Below, piece by piece: positions 10,267 to 20,527 of a stretch of DNA of 32,000 nucleotides. Position 1 is the stretch's first letter, and every line of letters begins with the position of its first letter. Made by a program: the position numbers and the translations under genes. The DNA is taken from positions 330,001 through 362,000 of the forward strand of contig NZ_CP046579.1 of NCBI RefSeq assembly GCF_013365475.1, written 5' to 3'. Below the pieces are notes generated by a model, which searched no databases, was not told where the DNA came from, and saw nothing but the letters and a program-made list of their open reading frames with translations. Source of the stretch: Candidatus Saccharimonadota bacterium. GTDB taxonomy: Bacteria; Pseudomonadota; Alphaproteobacteria; Rickettsiales; Anaplasmataceae.

Positions 10267-12220
10267 AAATTTCTTTACTAAGTAAAAATTTTAAAATCCA
10301 TAACACATCAACAAAAAAAGTCAATCAGATATTTAAGCAAACTCTTTTACTTCAGACTGTGTTTAAATCCTTATTTATGTTGTATATAAGCTTACATTTA
10401 AGTTACTTGTTTAATACCTTTCTTAATATTTTATACTTAAATAAAGCTGAATATGTACTTCTTGATAAATGTTTGATTCCTATTAGTATTTTTTACTTCA
10501 CAGTTTTAGTATTTGACTTTTGTGCTTAATTATATCATTTATTTCTAATATAAACTTTTACTAAAATCTGCAAGGGAAGGAAATATTGAAGTATTCCTTA
10601 TACTTCTATGTGTTTTTATTCATTTCCTTGCTGCTTTGGAAGCGATCAGAGAATCAGCTCTATGCCTAACTAAGCTTTTTAAGTTTTACATTTAACGTGT
10701 TGATATTGATTTTAACAAAAGTGTTAAACTTATCTATCGTGGTATTATTTCTGCACTGTTCTTCTGTTTAGTTTATTGTTACTTATCTTACTAAGAGCAG
10801 TACAAAAAGCCATTTTCAAAAATAATTTAAAAGCTAATAGATAAGTTCTTCTCAAGATATTGAGTTCAGTTGCATTAATACTGGATACAATTCAAGTAAT
10901 GCTAGTAGGAAAGATACCTTTATTTGGCTTTATAGCTATTTTGAGGCTTCAAGATTAGTGATGAATTATTGATTACTCAGACTACTAGTAACATTCTTAG
11001 ATATGTTTTACTTTATTTCAATAATTATCCTTTATTATATATTATATTGTTGTATCGCTAAATTTAGTGAATTACTATTTTAATAAAAAGTCGGTTACAT
11101 TTATTATTTTATATTTTTTAACCATATTTTTATTGTAAGTTCCAATATCTACCTTTGCTTCGACTGAAGCAAGCTTACATTATTGAAAATTTTCAGGAAT
11201 CATGATTACTTGTATAATTTTCATTCCCAATCAAAGCTTCTTATTGAAGTAATATTTCAAGTAAAACAACATTTCACTTCAATGTAGCTATTGTGCTAGT
11301 AATTTAGAGTCCATCCAGATTATTTCCGCCTAAGTAAAGCTACTTATAATCCCTACTAGCTAGAGGGCTACAGCTATTATTAATATTATTTTGTGCATAT
11401 AAGTTAAAATTATCTTTTTTATTGTAAAGTTAGTAATAAATTTGGCTCTCTTAAAGAGAGAGATGCTAGGAGTTGTCAACAATTATGTAGCTTAGCAAGT
11501 ACGTAGTTACTAGATACACTATCTTAGTGCTAATATGCTAAGTTAGCTACTATTAGGAAATAATTGATATTATAATCGATAAAATATTTCTTCATGATTG
11601 ATCTCAAAACAAGTAGTCGATACTAAAAACATAATCACAGTACAGAATGGAGCTTTTATGCAGAGTTTAAATGCTAATTGCACTAACAGCTCTGCTGCTT
11701 TTTTATCTTCACGTGATTTCACTATGCCTTTTTCCTGCGAGAAGCTTAACAATACACGATATAGCAACTGAATCTATATTGGCAATATTCTCTTTGTTTC
11801 ATACATGCATTTATTATAAACAAAATAAAGTGTTTCTACTTACTTTTCATTCATGGTAAACTGAAATACCAGCTATATTTTTGCTAATCTGCTTAGAATC
11901 AATATAGTACTTAGCTTTTTATTTAATGAGTAAGTATCGACATAAAAAGATTGCTGTTATTACTTCTATTTCTACTTGAATAAAATTTATTGGTTAATCA
12001 TTTTATGATGAAATATATAGAATTAGTATAGGACTATTATTGATTATAAAAATTGTTATTGCAAATTTACTCATGTTGATAGCTTTTTACATTTTAAGTC
12101 TCTTATTGATAGAGGTTGTATCTTGTAAAATATTTGTTTGCATTATTTATTCAGTAACTTTAGACGTTGTTATCTATTTTTGTATTCTGATGTCTATGGG
12201 TAATTTGAGCGTGTGAAATT

Positions 12221-14773
12221 ATGAGATTTTTCATGTATATAATACCATCAGTTTCTCTGCTACTAACACTTCTACATTTTGCTGCAACCTTTAAAGATTG
12301 GGATAGTTATAAGGGAATTATTATACAAAAGTTCGAGGACAAGTATAATGCTAGAATACATATTAGTGGGAAAATTGAGGTTTCACTGATTACTCCAAAG
12401 ATTATTATTTATAATATGTACATGCAGTGTAACAGCAATGGAAGGGGAAAATTATCAGATTTGATTAGCATAAATAGGGTTGAAGTAAGACCATCTCTTT
12501 TGTGGTTATTTTTGTTTTCATTACAACCAAAATCGATTACTTTATTTGGTCTAAAGGGTAGCAAGAGAAACTTTATTAATATTGTGAGTGAAAGAACAAG
12601 TAAGGTTGATATAGTGATAAAGGATAGCCAAGTAAATTTAAACAATGACTTTGGTAATTATAGAAGTAATGTCAATATAAAGGAAATTGCCATTAGAAAA
12701 AGCGGTAATTTCTCTGGTGAAGTGGATGTAGGTGATAAAAATTATGGTTTTTCAGGAAAAATGAATATTACAAAAAAGAGTGTACGTATTAACACTAAAT
12801 CAGATTTTGTAAATTTGTTTTTTTTAGGTAATAGGAATCAAAAAGGTCTACATGGCAGATTATTAGTGTCAATCAATAACAGTTCTAATTCTGTAGATTG
12901 GTTAGCTAAGATTATTAACCTTAGTTTTCTTGCTTGTATTGTCCCTAGTGAGAATATTAAAATGTCATCTAATGTTAACCTTAATGAAGATGAGTTTACG
13001 TTAACTGGATTGAAAATTGATTCTAAAAACATGCAGGCTAGTGGAGCAGTAAGGAACGACAGAAAGAATAATCATACTAAGGTCGATATTAATTTTCGCA
13101 AAATTAACTTGGGTTCTATGCAAAACGGTTCGCAAAGAATAATGGGCATGAAAGAAATTCTAGAATGTTTCAAAAGTGTTGTGCCAAGAAACCTGAGTCT
13201 AGATTTTAATATAGGAGCTTCAAGTATTCAATACAGAAACAGAATATTAGATAGATTTCACACTGTACTGAAATTTGCTGATGGAGAAATAAAAGTTAGT
13301 ATGCTTCTTCAATTTCCAGGAACTGATAATATATCTCGTTTATCAGGAAAAGTTTCAAATAATCTTATTATGTCTGAATTTGATGGTAATTTACTAGTAA
13401 AGGGAGAGAATTTTGAATCGTTCATTTCATATTTTTTCCCTTCTATCAAGATAAAAAAAGGTGAGAGAGATCAATTTACAATGAGTTCAAGATTACACTT
13501 TACACCTAGAATGTTATCTATTTCAGATATTAGATTAATGAATGATAATGATGAAGGATTTTGGCAAGGATCAATTAAAGTACACTATACTAAAAAACAT
13601 AATGCAATTGATGGTAGGTTTAGTGCGCGAAATCTCAACGTAGATAAATACGACTATTCATTGCTAAGTAGTTTATTAAGAGTGGAATGGTTGAAAAGCC
13701 TGAAGTATGATGCAAATATAAAAACCAATGTTAATAATTTTACGTTGAATAATGCAAAAATTGGGTATTTAGGTTTCTTACTGAAGATAGAAAACAGCAG
13801 CCTTATTGCAGATAAGATAAGATTATCTGGAGAGGATTTTAATATTACTGGTAATATAAAAATATTAGTGGACAGAAAATATACTAAACCTTTGTTGGAT
13901 ATAAGCATCACTGGTGATAAATTTAATGCAAGTGTTTTGAAGCTACCAAATTTGGTGAAAGTGAGAAAAGATTCAGGAAACAAGATAAATCAAGTTCAAT
14001 GGTCAAAGAAAAAGTTTGATTTTTTGAGCGATAAAGATGATTTTGATGCAAATGTGCATATTAATGTTACAAAGCTTAAGATTGGGCAGGATATCCTAAA
14101 GGACTTTAACTTGGATGCTGTGATAATAAATAACACTATAACTTTTAGAAAAATAAATTATGTACTGGAACATGGAGAAGTGTCTTTTCAGGGTTATTTG
14201 AGGTCAAATTCAATGTACATAAAATTTTTTATTGCAGATCTAGATATTAAGAGAATTGGTCAGGCTATTGAAATTGACAATTTGAATGGCAGAGTAAGCT
14301 TAAATGGTGAAGTTAAGGCTCAGGGAAAAAGTTTTTATGACTGGGCTAATACATTATCAGGAAAGATCTATTTATTGCAAGCACATGAGATAGAGTTTAC
14401 TAATGTAGACTTTAACTCTTTTATCGAAAGCTTATTCAGCAGTAAAAATAAATCTGAAGTTTCTACGCTTACTCATATTGGCATATATAATGGTAGTACA
14501 TTTTTTAGAAATGTTACTGGACAAGCAAGTATTAAAAGTGGTATATGTTCAATTAGTTTACAGTTTAGAATTGATCAAGCTTCAGGGTCTGTTTCTTCTA
14601 ATTTAGTCTTATATAATTTTAGTTTGATTTCTTTATCAAGGTTCTTCTTTATCCCACCAGGTTATAGTAGTCCAGTCCATATTGATATGCATTTAAATGG
14701 TCCTATTTGGTCTCCTAAGATGAGTTTCGATGAAGATCTAATATTTAATACTCTGATTAGTATTAAAAGATAA
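12221..14773 (+). CDS. AsmA-family (AsmA/TamB-like) envelope protein
   Basis: 850 aa. A single N-terminal TM anchor is followed by the AsmA-type opening (..DWDSYKGIIIQKFEDKYNARIHISGKIEVSLITPKIIIYNM..). The body is long, Asn/Ser/Lys-rich and predicted beta-rich. The C-terminal region has L.G.V.L.G...G.S......LSG...L pattern repeats as in AsmA_2. Assignment is by architecture and motif memory. Confidence 0.65.
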   Translation: MRFFMYIIPSVSLLLTLLHFAATFKDWDSYKGIIIQKFEDKYNARIHISGKIEVSLITPKIIIYNMYMQCNSNGRGKLSDLISINRVEVRPSLLWLFLFSLQPKSITLFGLKGSKRNFINIVSERTSKVDIVIKDSQVNLNNDFGNYRSNVNIKEIAIRKSGNFSGEVDVGDKNYGFSGKMNITKKSVRINTKSDFVNLFFLGNRNQKGLHGRLLVSINNSSNSVDWLAKIINLSFLACIVPSENIKMSSNVNLNEDEFTLTGLKIDSKNMQASGAVRNDRKNNHTKVDINFRKINLGSMQNGSQRIMGMKEILECFKSVVPRNLSLDFNIGASSIQYRNRILDRFHTVLKFADGEIKVSMLLQFPGTDNISRLSGKVSNNLIMSEFDGNLLVKGENFESFISYFFPSIKIKKGERDQFTMSSRLHFTPRMLSISDIRLMNDNDEGFWQGSIKVHYTKKHNAIDGRFSARNLNVDKYDYSLLSSLLRVEWLKSLKYDANIKTNVNNFTLNNAKIGYLGFLLKIENSSLIADKIRLSGEDFNITGNIKILVDRKYTKPLLDISITGDKFNASVLKLPNLVKVRKDSGNKINQVQWSKKKFDFLSDKDDFDANVHINVTKLKIGQDILKDFNLDAVIINNTITFRKINYVLEHGEVSFQGYLRSNSMYIKFFIADLDIKRIGQAIEIDNLNGRVSLNGEVKAQGKSFYDWANTLSGKIYLLQAHEIEFTNVDFNSFIESLFSSKNKSEVSTLTHIGIYNGSTFFRNVTGQASIKSGICSISLQFRIDQASGSVSSNLVLYNFSLISLSRFFFIPPGYSSPVHIDMHLNGPIWSPKMSFDEDLIFNTLISIKR

Positions 14774-14808
14774 TAGATTTAACTAGCCAGTGAAATTAAA
14801 CATGCTTA

Positions 14809-14842
14809 AATTCATTTAGTGCTGGATCAGCATGAATGAATT
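14809..14842 (+). terminator. Imperfect hairpin 35 nt downstream of the AsmA-like stop
   Basis: AATTCATT-tag-TGCTG-gat-CAGCA-tg-AATGAATT (8 + 5 bp with an internal loop), with no U-tract. Confidence 0.25.
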
Positions 14843-17741
14843 GATATTTCAGAAAAAAGAAAAGGATTTCTCCTATTAAATGGATAGAAGATGAATAAGA
14901 AATATTAATTATGCCTTATACATTGAATTGTACTTCATAAGTAGTTTTATCCTCTATTGAATACTAAAATGGATCATGGATATTCATCTAATAATCTGCA
15001 AGCCTAAAATGCTCTTATAAAGCAAGTACCTAAGTCAGTATAAGTAGATCTGTAAAATTAGATTAAATACAGTAAGCCAACATAAGGAGTTACTTTTACT
15101 CCTTTCTTCCTAGTAAGCCTTCACAAATAAGTAATTTATGAACGAATATTTGTTTTAAATACACACAGATGAATATCATTTCAGCATTACATGTCAGAAT
15201 CTATATCCTAATTTTAGTTTAGGATCAGATAGTATATCACTTGCTACAAGAGCAAATTCTAAAATTTAGGTTTGCCCTATTAGCTTTTGCAGATAACAAC
15301 TTAGCAGAGCTTTTCTGACCATATATGCATTTAATCTGTCCAAAGAACAGTCATAACTATATCAGCACAAATAGTTGAAGAAATAATGGATTAAAACTAG
15401 CTGCTAGTTATCAACAACATAGCAACTTTAATTTTTTATTTTCTAGAGATGCAGATATTTCTCCCTTTTTTGCGAACAAATATTAGGTTGAATAGAAGGA
15501 CATTTTATTGTCAATTTCTTGCTAGTATCGTTACTGCCTTTTTTTGCTTCATGTATCATTTTAACTATCCTAATTTTCTTTATCAGGCCAAGTAATGCTT
15601 CTACTAATTATGCTACTATGATTTACTGTATTATCATGACATGGTAAGCATTTTTATATAGTAGGGTCTAAGTCTGGAAGTAACTAGATCTTTCCTTTAG
15701 AAGTAGTTCTGAAATAAGAAATAATCCTAAATATTAAAGCAATCATCAAAAAATCAATTTTGCGCATCCCACATATAAGAGACCATAAATACTATTTATC
15801 TACAACATTACTGAAAATCTTGCACATCTCCTTATAACTATGTTGTAATGAAAAGAAATTTCCTTAGCCTTACTGCTTCGTGAATAACATATTATATTAG
15901 TTTAGTTAGAACAATATAAATAAAAATTAGAAAACTTAGATATCATAAAATCAAATACATAGCATCAAAAGCTTTAACAAAAATCAGATTTAATTAAGTT
16001 CTAAAGCTTTATGAAAATTGTTGCTCTTACATATATCATATGCAAGTACCTAAAAATGCTACCAGTAAAGTTAGTGATTAGAGCACCATTAAGTAAATTA
16101 CAATTATCAAATTCTGACTATTTTTAATCCTATTAATAATATATTAATTCTAACACTAAAGTATTAGCTAACACAAGCAGTTTTTTGTGACATATAATAT
16201 TAAGCTTTGCTTCAGGTACCTCCCATACTAGAGCTAGCTTTATTTTCTAATAAAAGTTTAGTTAGTAGTACACATGCAGATTTTTCTCTGCAATCAATTG
16301 TGCTATGCAACTACATAATTGCAATAATGTTATTGCAATTAAATTGTAATTTGAACTTAGGCTAAATTAGCTATTCTATATAGTGCTTTTCTTAACTGGT
16401 TTTTGTTTTCTCATAACTCAAGCAAGTTAATCTTGCTAAGACAGTTATTGCTCATTCTTACAAAAGCACTCAACTTTTTGAGTCTAGACTATTTTGTTGT
16501 ATTGCAAGTAGCAAATTGATAGAAATTATTGATTTTCGCTGCAATATTTGTATCTATTACAGGAAATGTACTATATCTGTACTTTCGATAAAGTGCTAGT
16601 GTCAAGTTATCGATAGGTTATTTTTAAAACAGGTTTTACGGAGGAGGGCAAACTAAAGCTTGTTTGTTCAGCCTTTCAAATGACTTAATTCCCATGTCTA
16701 GAAATATCCAGTAGTCTGTGGTTTTTATAAGCATGAATTCTAAAAAGTACTGAGTCAAACTTGTGCGGGTTGTGTTGGATAATTCAGAATATGTTTTAAC
16801 TTTGACATCCTAAAATCTTTCAGTGAAGCTGTATCCTTTTTAAATTTTATCTCAAGTATTAATTATGATTAAAGTACTATTCAGTTTTGCTTGAGCCACT
16901 CATGTAAGTGGTATTTGTCTCCCAGTTGAATAATTTTGAATAACGTTTTTATTAATCATGCAATTTTATTTTTTATACTACAATCTACTCTAGCTTTCTT
17001 ATTAATGAATGTGTCATGTAAAAAGACATAGTTCATGGTTATAAAGATAATAATATTGTTATGCTGATTTTGTATCTATGTTTTTATCTAAATATGCTTT
17101 TGGAAAGCTATTTTAGAAACACACATAAAAACTATATAAGAACAGTGTATTTATACTTGAGTAATTGAATAACAGTAAGTTAATGCTAATGCTATTGATT
17201 TTATAACTCTTCTAGTGCTTAGTTCTGTAATTTTAAAGTTAATGGTCAGCTCAAAATTTGGTGCAATAGAATCAGATGTAGTAACTGTAATTATTATTTA
17301 GTTTGTAAATTATAGTCTAGTTCTTCAATTGCAAATTAAGTTCCGGATCTAGTAAAAAGTAGGGATATGTAGCTTCTATTTTGCTTTGTTGCAAAGTGTC
17401 TCAATTATTATGTTGCTATGCAGATATTCCAAAGCTTATCCTGTGTACTTTTACATATTAATTTTAAGTTCTTTACAGTAGACGTGTGCTTAGCTTTACT
17501 ACTGAAAGTAAAATTGCAAAACTAGATACATTTTCGTTGTTATAAAATGGTTTATGTATGCTATTAAAGTATTTTCAAAATGAATTGTTGCATTTCTTAC
17601 AGATTATCGAATGGCATTTTTGTAACATTTCAATATTGGCAGCATAAGTGTTTTAAATAATGTTTTAAAAAATAAAGTAACTGGATTTTTAGTTGATTGT
17701 TTTATTATATTCACATGTTAAAGTGAATTATAAATTTTGTT

Positions 17742-18015
17742 ATGAGAAAAGACATAACAGTAACTAAAGCAACAATAATTGAAAGCATAAATCAAAAAAT
17801 TGTCAAAAGAAGATTCTGCTTCAGAAATAGACGATATACTGGATGAAATAAAGATAAGCTTAATAAAGGGAGTAGCAGTCAAAATATCTACATTTGGAAC
17901 TTTTTTAGTCAAAAAAATGGAAAAGAGTAGGAAAGGTGCCGAGTATGTCAAAAAAGGTAGTGATTCAAGCAAGAAATTCGGGGTTTTTATGTCTTCAAAA
18001 GTAATAAAAAATTGA
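17742..18015 (+). pseudogene. HU/IHF-family DNA-binding protein gene with a frame break after codon 19
   Basis: ATG 17742 gives MRKDITVTKATIIESINQK and then runs out of frame (stop about 14 codons later). The +1 frame from 17800 gives LSKEDSASEIDDILDEIKISLIKGVAVKISTFGTFLVKKMEKSRKG...SSKVIKN*. Joined, the two pieces make a 90-aa HU/IHF-like protein. The break lies at or next to the A6 run at 17794-17799. Confidence 0.6.
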
Positions 18016-18027
18016 TTAATAAGCAAA

Positions 18028-18210
18028 GTGAAATCACTTTATGTGACTAAAGAAGTTGCTGAGGAGCTATACTTAGTTGTCAGACAAAGACTGTAAAATG
18101 TGAGGAAAAAGCTATATGACTTAGACATAGAGATAAAGCATATGTTATATAAGTGGCATTCAATGTAGTTGAATTAAAGAGTTGATAATGAAAAAATTGA
18201 TCAAGTTTGA
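18028..18210 (+). pseudogene. Possible relic of a small MerR-family (HTH) regulator, with in-frame stops
   Basis: A single frame from GTG 18028 reads VKSLYVTKEVAEELYLVVRQRL*NVRKKLYDLDIEIKHMLYKWHSM*LN*RVDNEKIDQV*. The Y-x-[TI]-x-EVA-x-x-L...R pattern and D[IV]E.IK.[LM]LY resemble the MerR-like gene that follows ihfA in many alphaproteobacteria. This is a motif-memory match only. Confidence 0.3.
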
Positions 18211-18911
18211 AAGATTCATTAAAAAGCTTACTCCTTTTAAGATCATTTTCAGCAGAGTAAATGAAGAAAGTGGGCTTTCAGGTAGTGTGTATGTATATAT
18301 TATATGCACTTGAAGATGGTCAAAAAAGTACAGGATTATGTTAGGGATGCTATAAATTAAGTGATGATATAAGAATTCACGTATCCTTGCTGTAAAGAGA
18401 ATCTGTGTATTTACAATAGATTTATCTTATACCTATATTTTTACGTGTATTGGAATTTTGGATGGGTATTTAAGAAAGAAGTGCAGCAAATGTAATTACT
18501 TGCACTGTGCAAGATAGAAGAACTAGGTAAAAACTGGTCAAGAAAGTGTTGCGGTAAACACTACCAAAAAAGGTGTGGATATCTTGGAACAGCATTATTT
18601 ACTATAAAAGTTAATGATCTGGTAGTTATATCTATGAAAGTGTGTATTAATAGTGAATATATAATTGATGCATTATCTTGCAACTATTTAGAGAGTTAGT
18701 GCATTTTAGAAATAAGAAATAACACACATACTCAATTTAATTATATTTAAGCTTATTCAGTATAAAATTTTATCTTGCACTATAGCCTAGGTTACATACT
18801 ATAATAATATGGCTTATAAGTTACAATGTTGTTTATTCTTTAGCGAGATTATTTGTATATGCTAGCTATTTACTGCTAAAAAAGTCGGTAATTGTATATT
18901 TTTAAATTCAT

Positions 18912-19121
18912 ATGAAGAGAATAAAATTAAAGACTAAATCTTCTGTTAAAAAACGTTTTAGTCTTACAGCTAATGGGAAAGTTATTTCTACCCAATCAGG
19001 CAAAAGGCATGGTATGGTAAAGAGGAGTAAGTCTAATATTCGTAATCAGCGTGGTACGATAATTCTTGGTAGGTCTGGTTCTCGTATAGTTAAGCTTTAT
19101 ATGCCTTATGGTTTTCAATAG
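18912..19121 (+). CDS. rpmI: 50S ribosomal protein L35
   Basis: 69 aa, [24 protein letters not shown]...GKRH, very basic. Confidence 0.9.
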   Translation: MKRIKLKTKSSVKKRFSLTANGKVISTQSGKRHGMVKRSKSNIRNQRGTIILGRSGSRIVKLYMPYGFQ

Positions 19122-19139
19122 AAATGGAGGTAAAACAGA

Positions 19140-19505
19140 ATGGCTAGAGTAAAACGTGGGGTTACTACTCACGCTCGCCATAAAAAAGTATTAAAGTTAG
19201 CAAAGGGTTATAGAGGACGTGCAAAGAATTGTTACAGAATTGCATTACAAAAGGTTGAAAAGGCACTACTATATTCCTATAGGGATAGAAAAACCCGCAA
19301 GCGTGATTTCCGCAGTCTTTGGATAATACGCATTAATGCGGCGGTAAGAAAACATGGGATTACTTATGGTAGGTTTATGCATGGGCTCATGCTTGCTCGA
19401 ATTGAGCTAAATAGAAAAATTCTTGCTGAAATGGCTGTTAGTTATAAAGATGATTTCAAAAAATTAGTAGAGATCGTTAGAACCAAATTAGTAGAAAGCC
19501 TTTAA
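19140..19505 (+). CDS. rplT: 50S ribosomal protein L20
   Basis: 121 aa, [27 protein letters not shown]...YRDRK.RKRDFR.LWI.RINAA. Confidence 0.93.
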   Translation: MARVKRGVTTHARHKKVLKLAKGYRGRAKNCYRIALQKVEKALLYSYRDRKTRKRDFRSLWIIRINAAVRKHGITYGRFMHGLMLARIELNRKILAEMAVSYKDDFKKLVEIVRTKLVESL

Positions 19506-19524
19506 TCTTATTAAGTGAAATAGT

Positions 19525-20433
19525 ATGAGAGTTGTTTTCATGGGTTCACCTAAGTTTGCTGTTAATACTTTAAGTTTGTTATTGAAGTCAAGAAATGAGA
19601 TAATAGCAGTATATACCAAGTCTCCCAAGCCATCAGGACGAGGACAAAGGTTAACAAAGTCTCCTATACATACTATTGCTGAAGAAAATGGCATAGAGGT
19701 ATGTACTCCTGCCTCTCTGAGCTTTTCAGTAGAGCAAGAAAAATTGAGGAATTTTCAACCAGATGTTGTAGTTGTTGTTTCATATGGATTGATTCTTCCA
19801 AAAGAAGCTTTGAATATTCCAAAATACGGTTGTATTAATGTTCATCCTTCATTGCTACCTAGATGGCGAGGCGCGGCTCCTATACAACATACAATTTTAG
19901 CTGGAGATAGAGAAACTGGAGTTAGTGTTATTCAATTGAATGAAAAATTAGATTCTGGTCCTATTTTGAAGCAAAAAAAACTTTTAATTGGGAAAAATGA
20001 TAATTATAAGACATTACATGATAGGTTATCTGTGTTAGGCAGTAACTTGCTAGTAGAGGTATTGAGTAAAATTGAAAAACAAGTCCCTTTAGAGCAGGGG
20101 AGCGATAGTGTATGCTATGCTAGTAAAGTAAAAGATCATAAAATATATGCAGGTGATACTTGTGAAGTTGCTTATAGAAAAGTCAAAGCCTTTTACCCAA
20201 AGGCATTTGTCATGGTAGAGAACAAACGTCTTAGGATACTCGACGCTGATTTTAAAATAGGTCAGTATTTAACTTCAACACAAGGAGAAATTGTTAATGA
20301 CAATGTGTACATAAGTTTAAAAGGTGGCGTTTTAATTCCTAAAGTAGTTCAGGTAGAAGGAAGAAACCCTTGCAATGTTCCTGACTTTATACGTGGGTTA
20401 AAATCAAGAATAGTAAAAAAGCTGATAGAGTAA
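19525..20433 (+). CDS. fmt: Methionyl-tRNA formyltransferase
   Basis: 302 aa with [17 protein letters not shown], the [11 protein letters not shown]...[18 protein letters not shown] (SLLP) motif. Confidence 0.9.
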   Translation: MRVVFMGSPKFAVNTLSLLLKSRNEIIAVYTKSPKPSGRGQRLTKSPIHTIAEENGIEVCTPASLSFSVEQEKLRNFQPDVVVVVSYGLILPKEALNIPKYGCINVHPSLLPRWRGAAPIQHTILAGDRETGVSVIQLNEKLDSGPILKQKKLLIGKNDNYKTLHDRLSVLGSNLLVEVLSKIEKQVPLEQGSDSVCYASKVKDHKIYAGDTCEVAYRKVKAFYPKAFVMVENKRLRILDADFKIGQYLTSTQGEIVNDNVYISLKGGVLIPKVVQVEGRNPCNVPDFIRGLKSRIVKKLIE

Positions 20434-20527
20434 GTAAAGTAAATGTGTAATTGATTTACATCATTGGAAAGAATGCAAACGAATATTACATCCTCTTGAT
20501 TGGTACACTAAGTAATATTAAAATAAG

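Noticed and set aside
755-13983. Antisense or overlapping ORFs inside nuoD (755-1042), pheS (5748-6047), glmU (7071-7445, 7858-8097) and the AsmA-like gene (12409-12645, 12838-13032, 13654-13983).
   Set aside because: Each lies entirely within a well-supported gene on the other strand, and their translations have hydrophobic, low-complexity shadow-frame composition.
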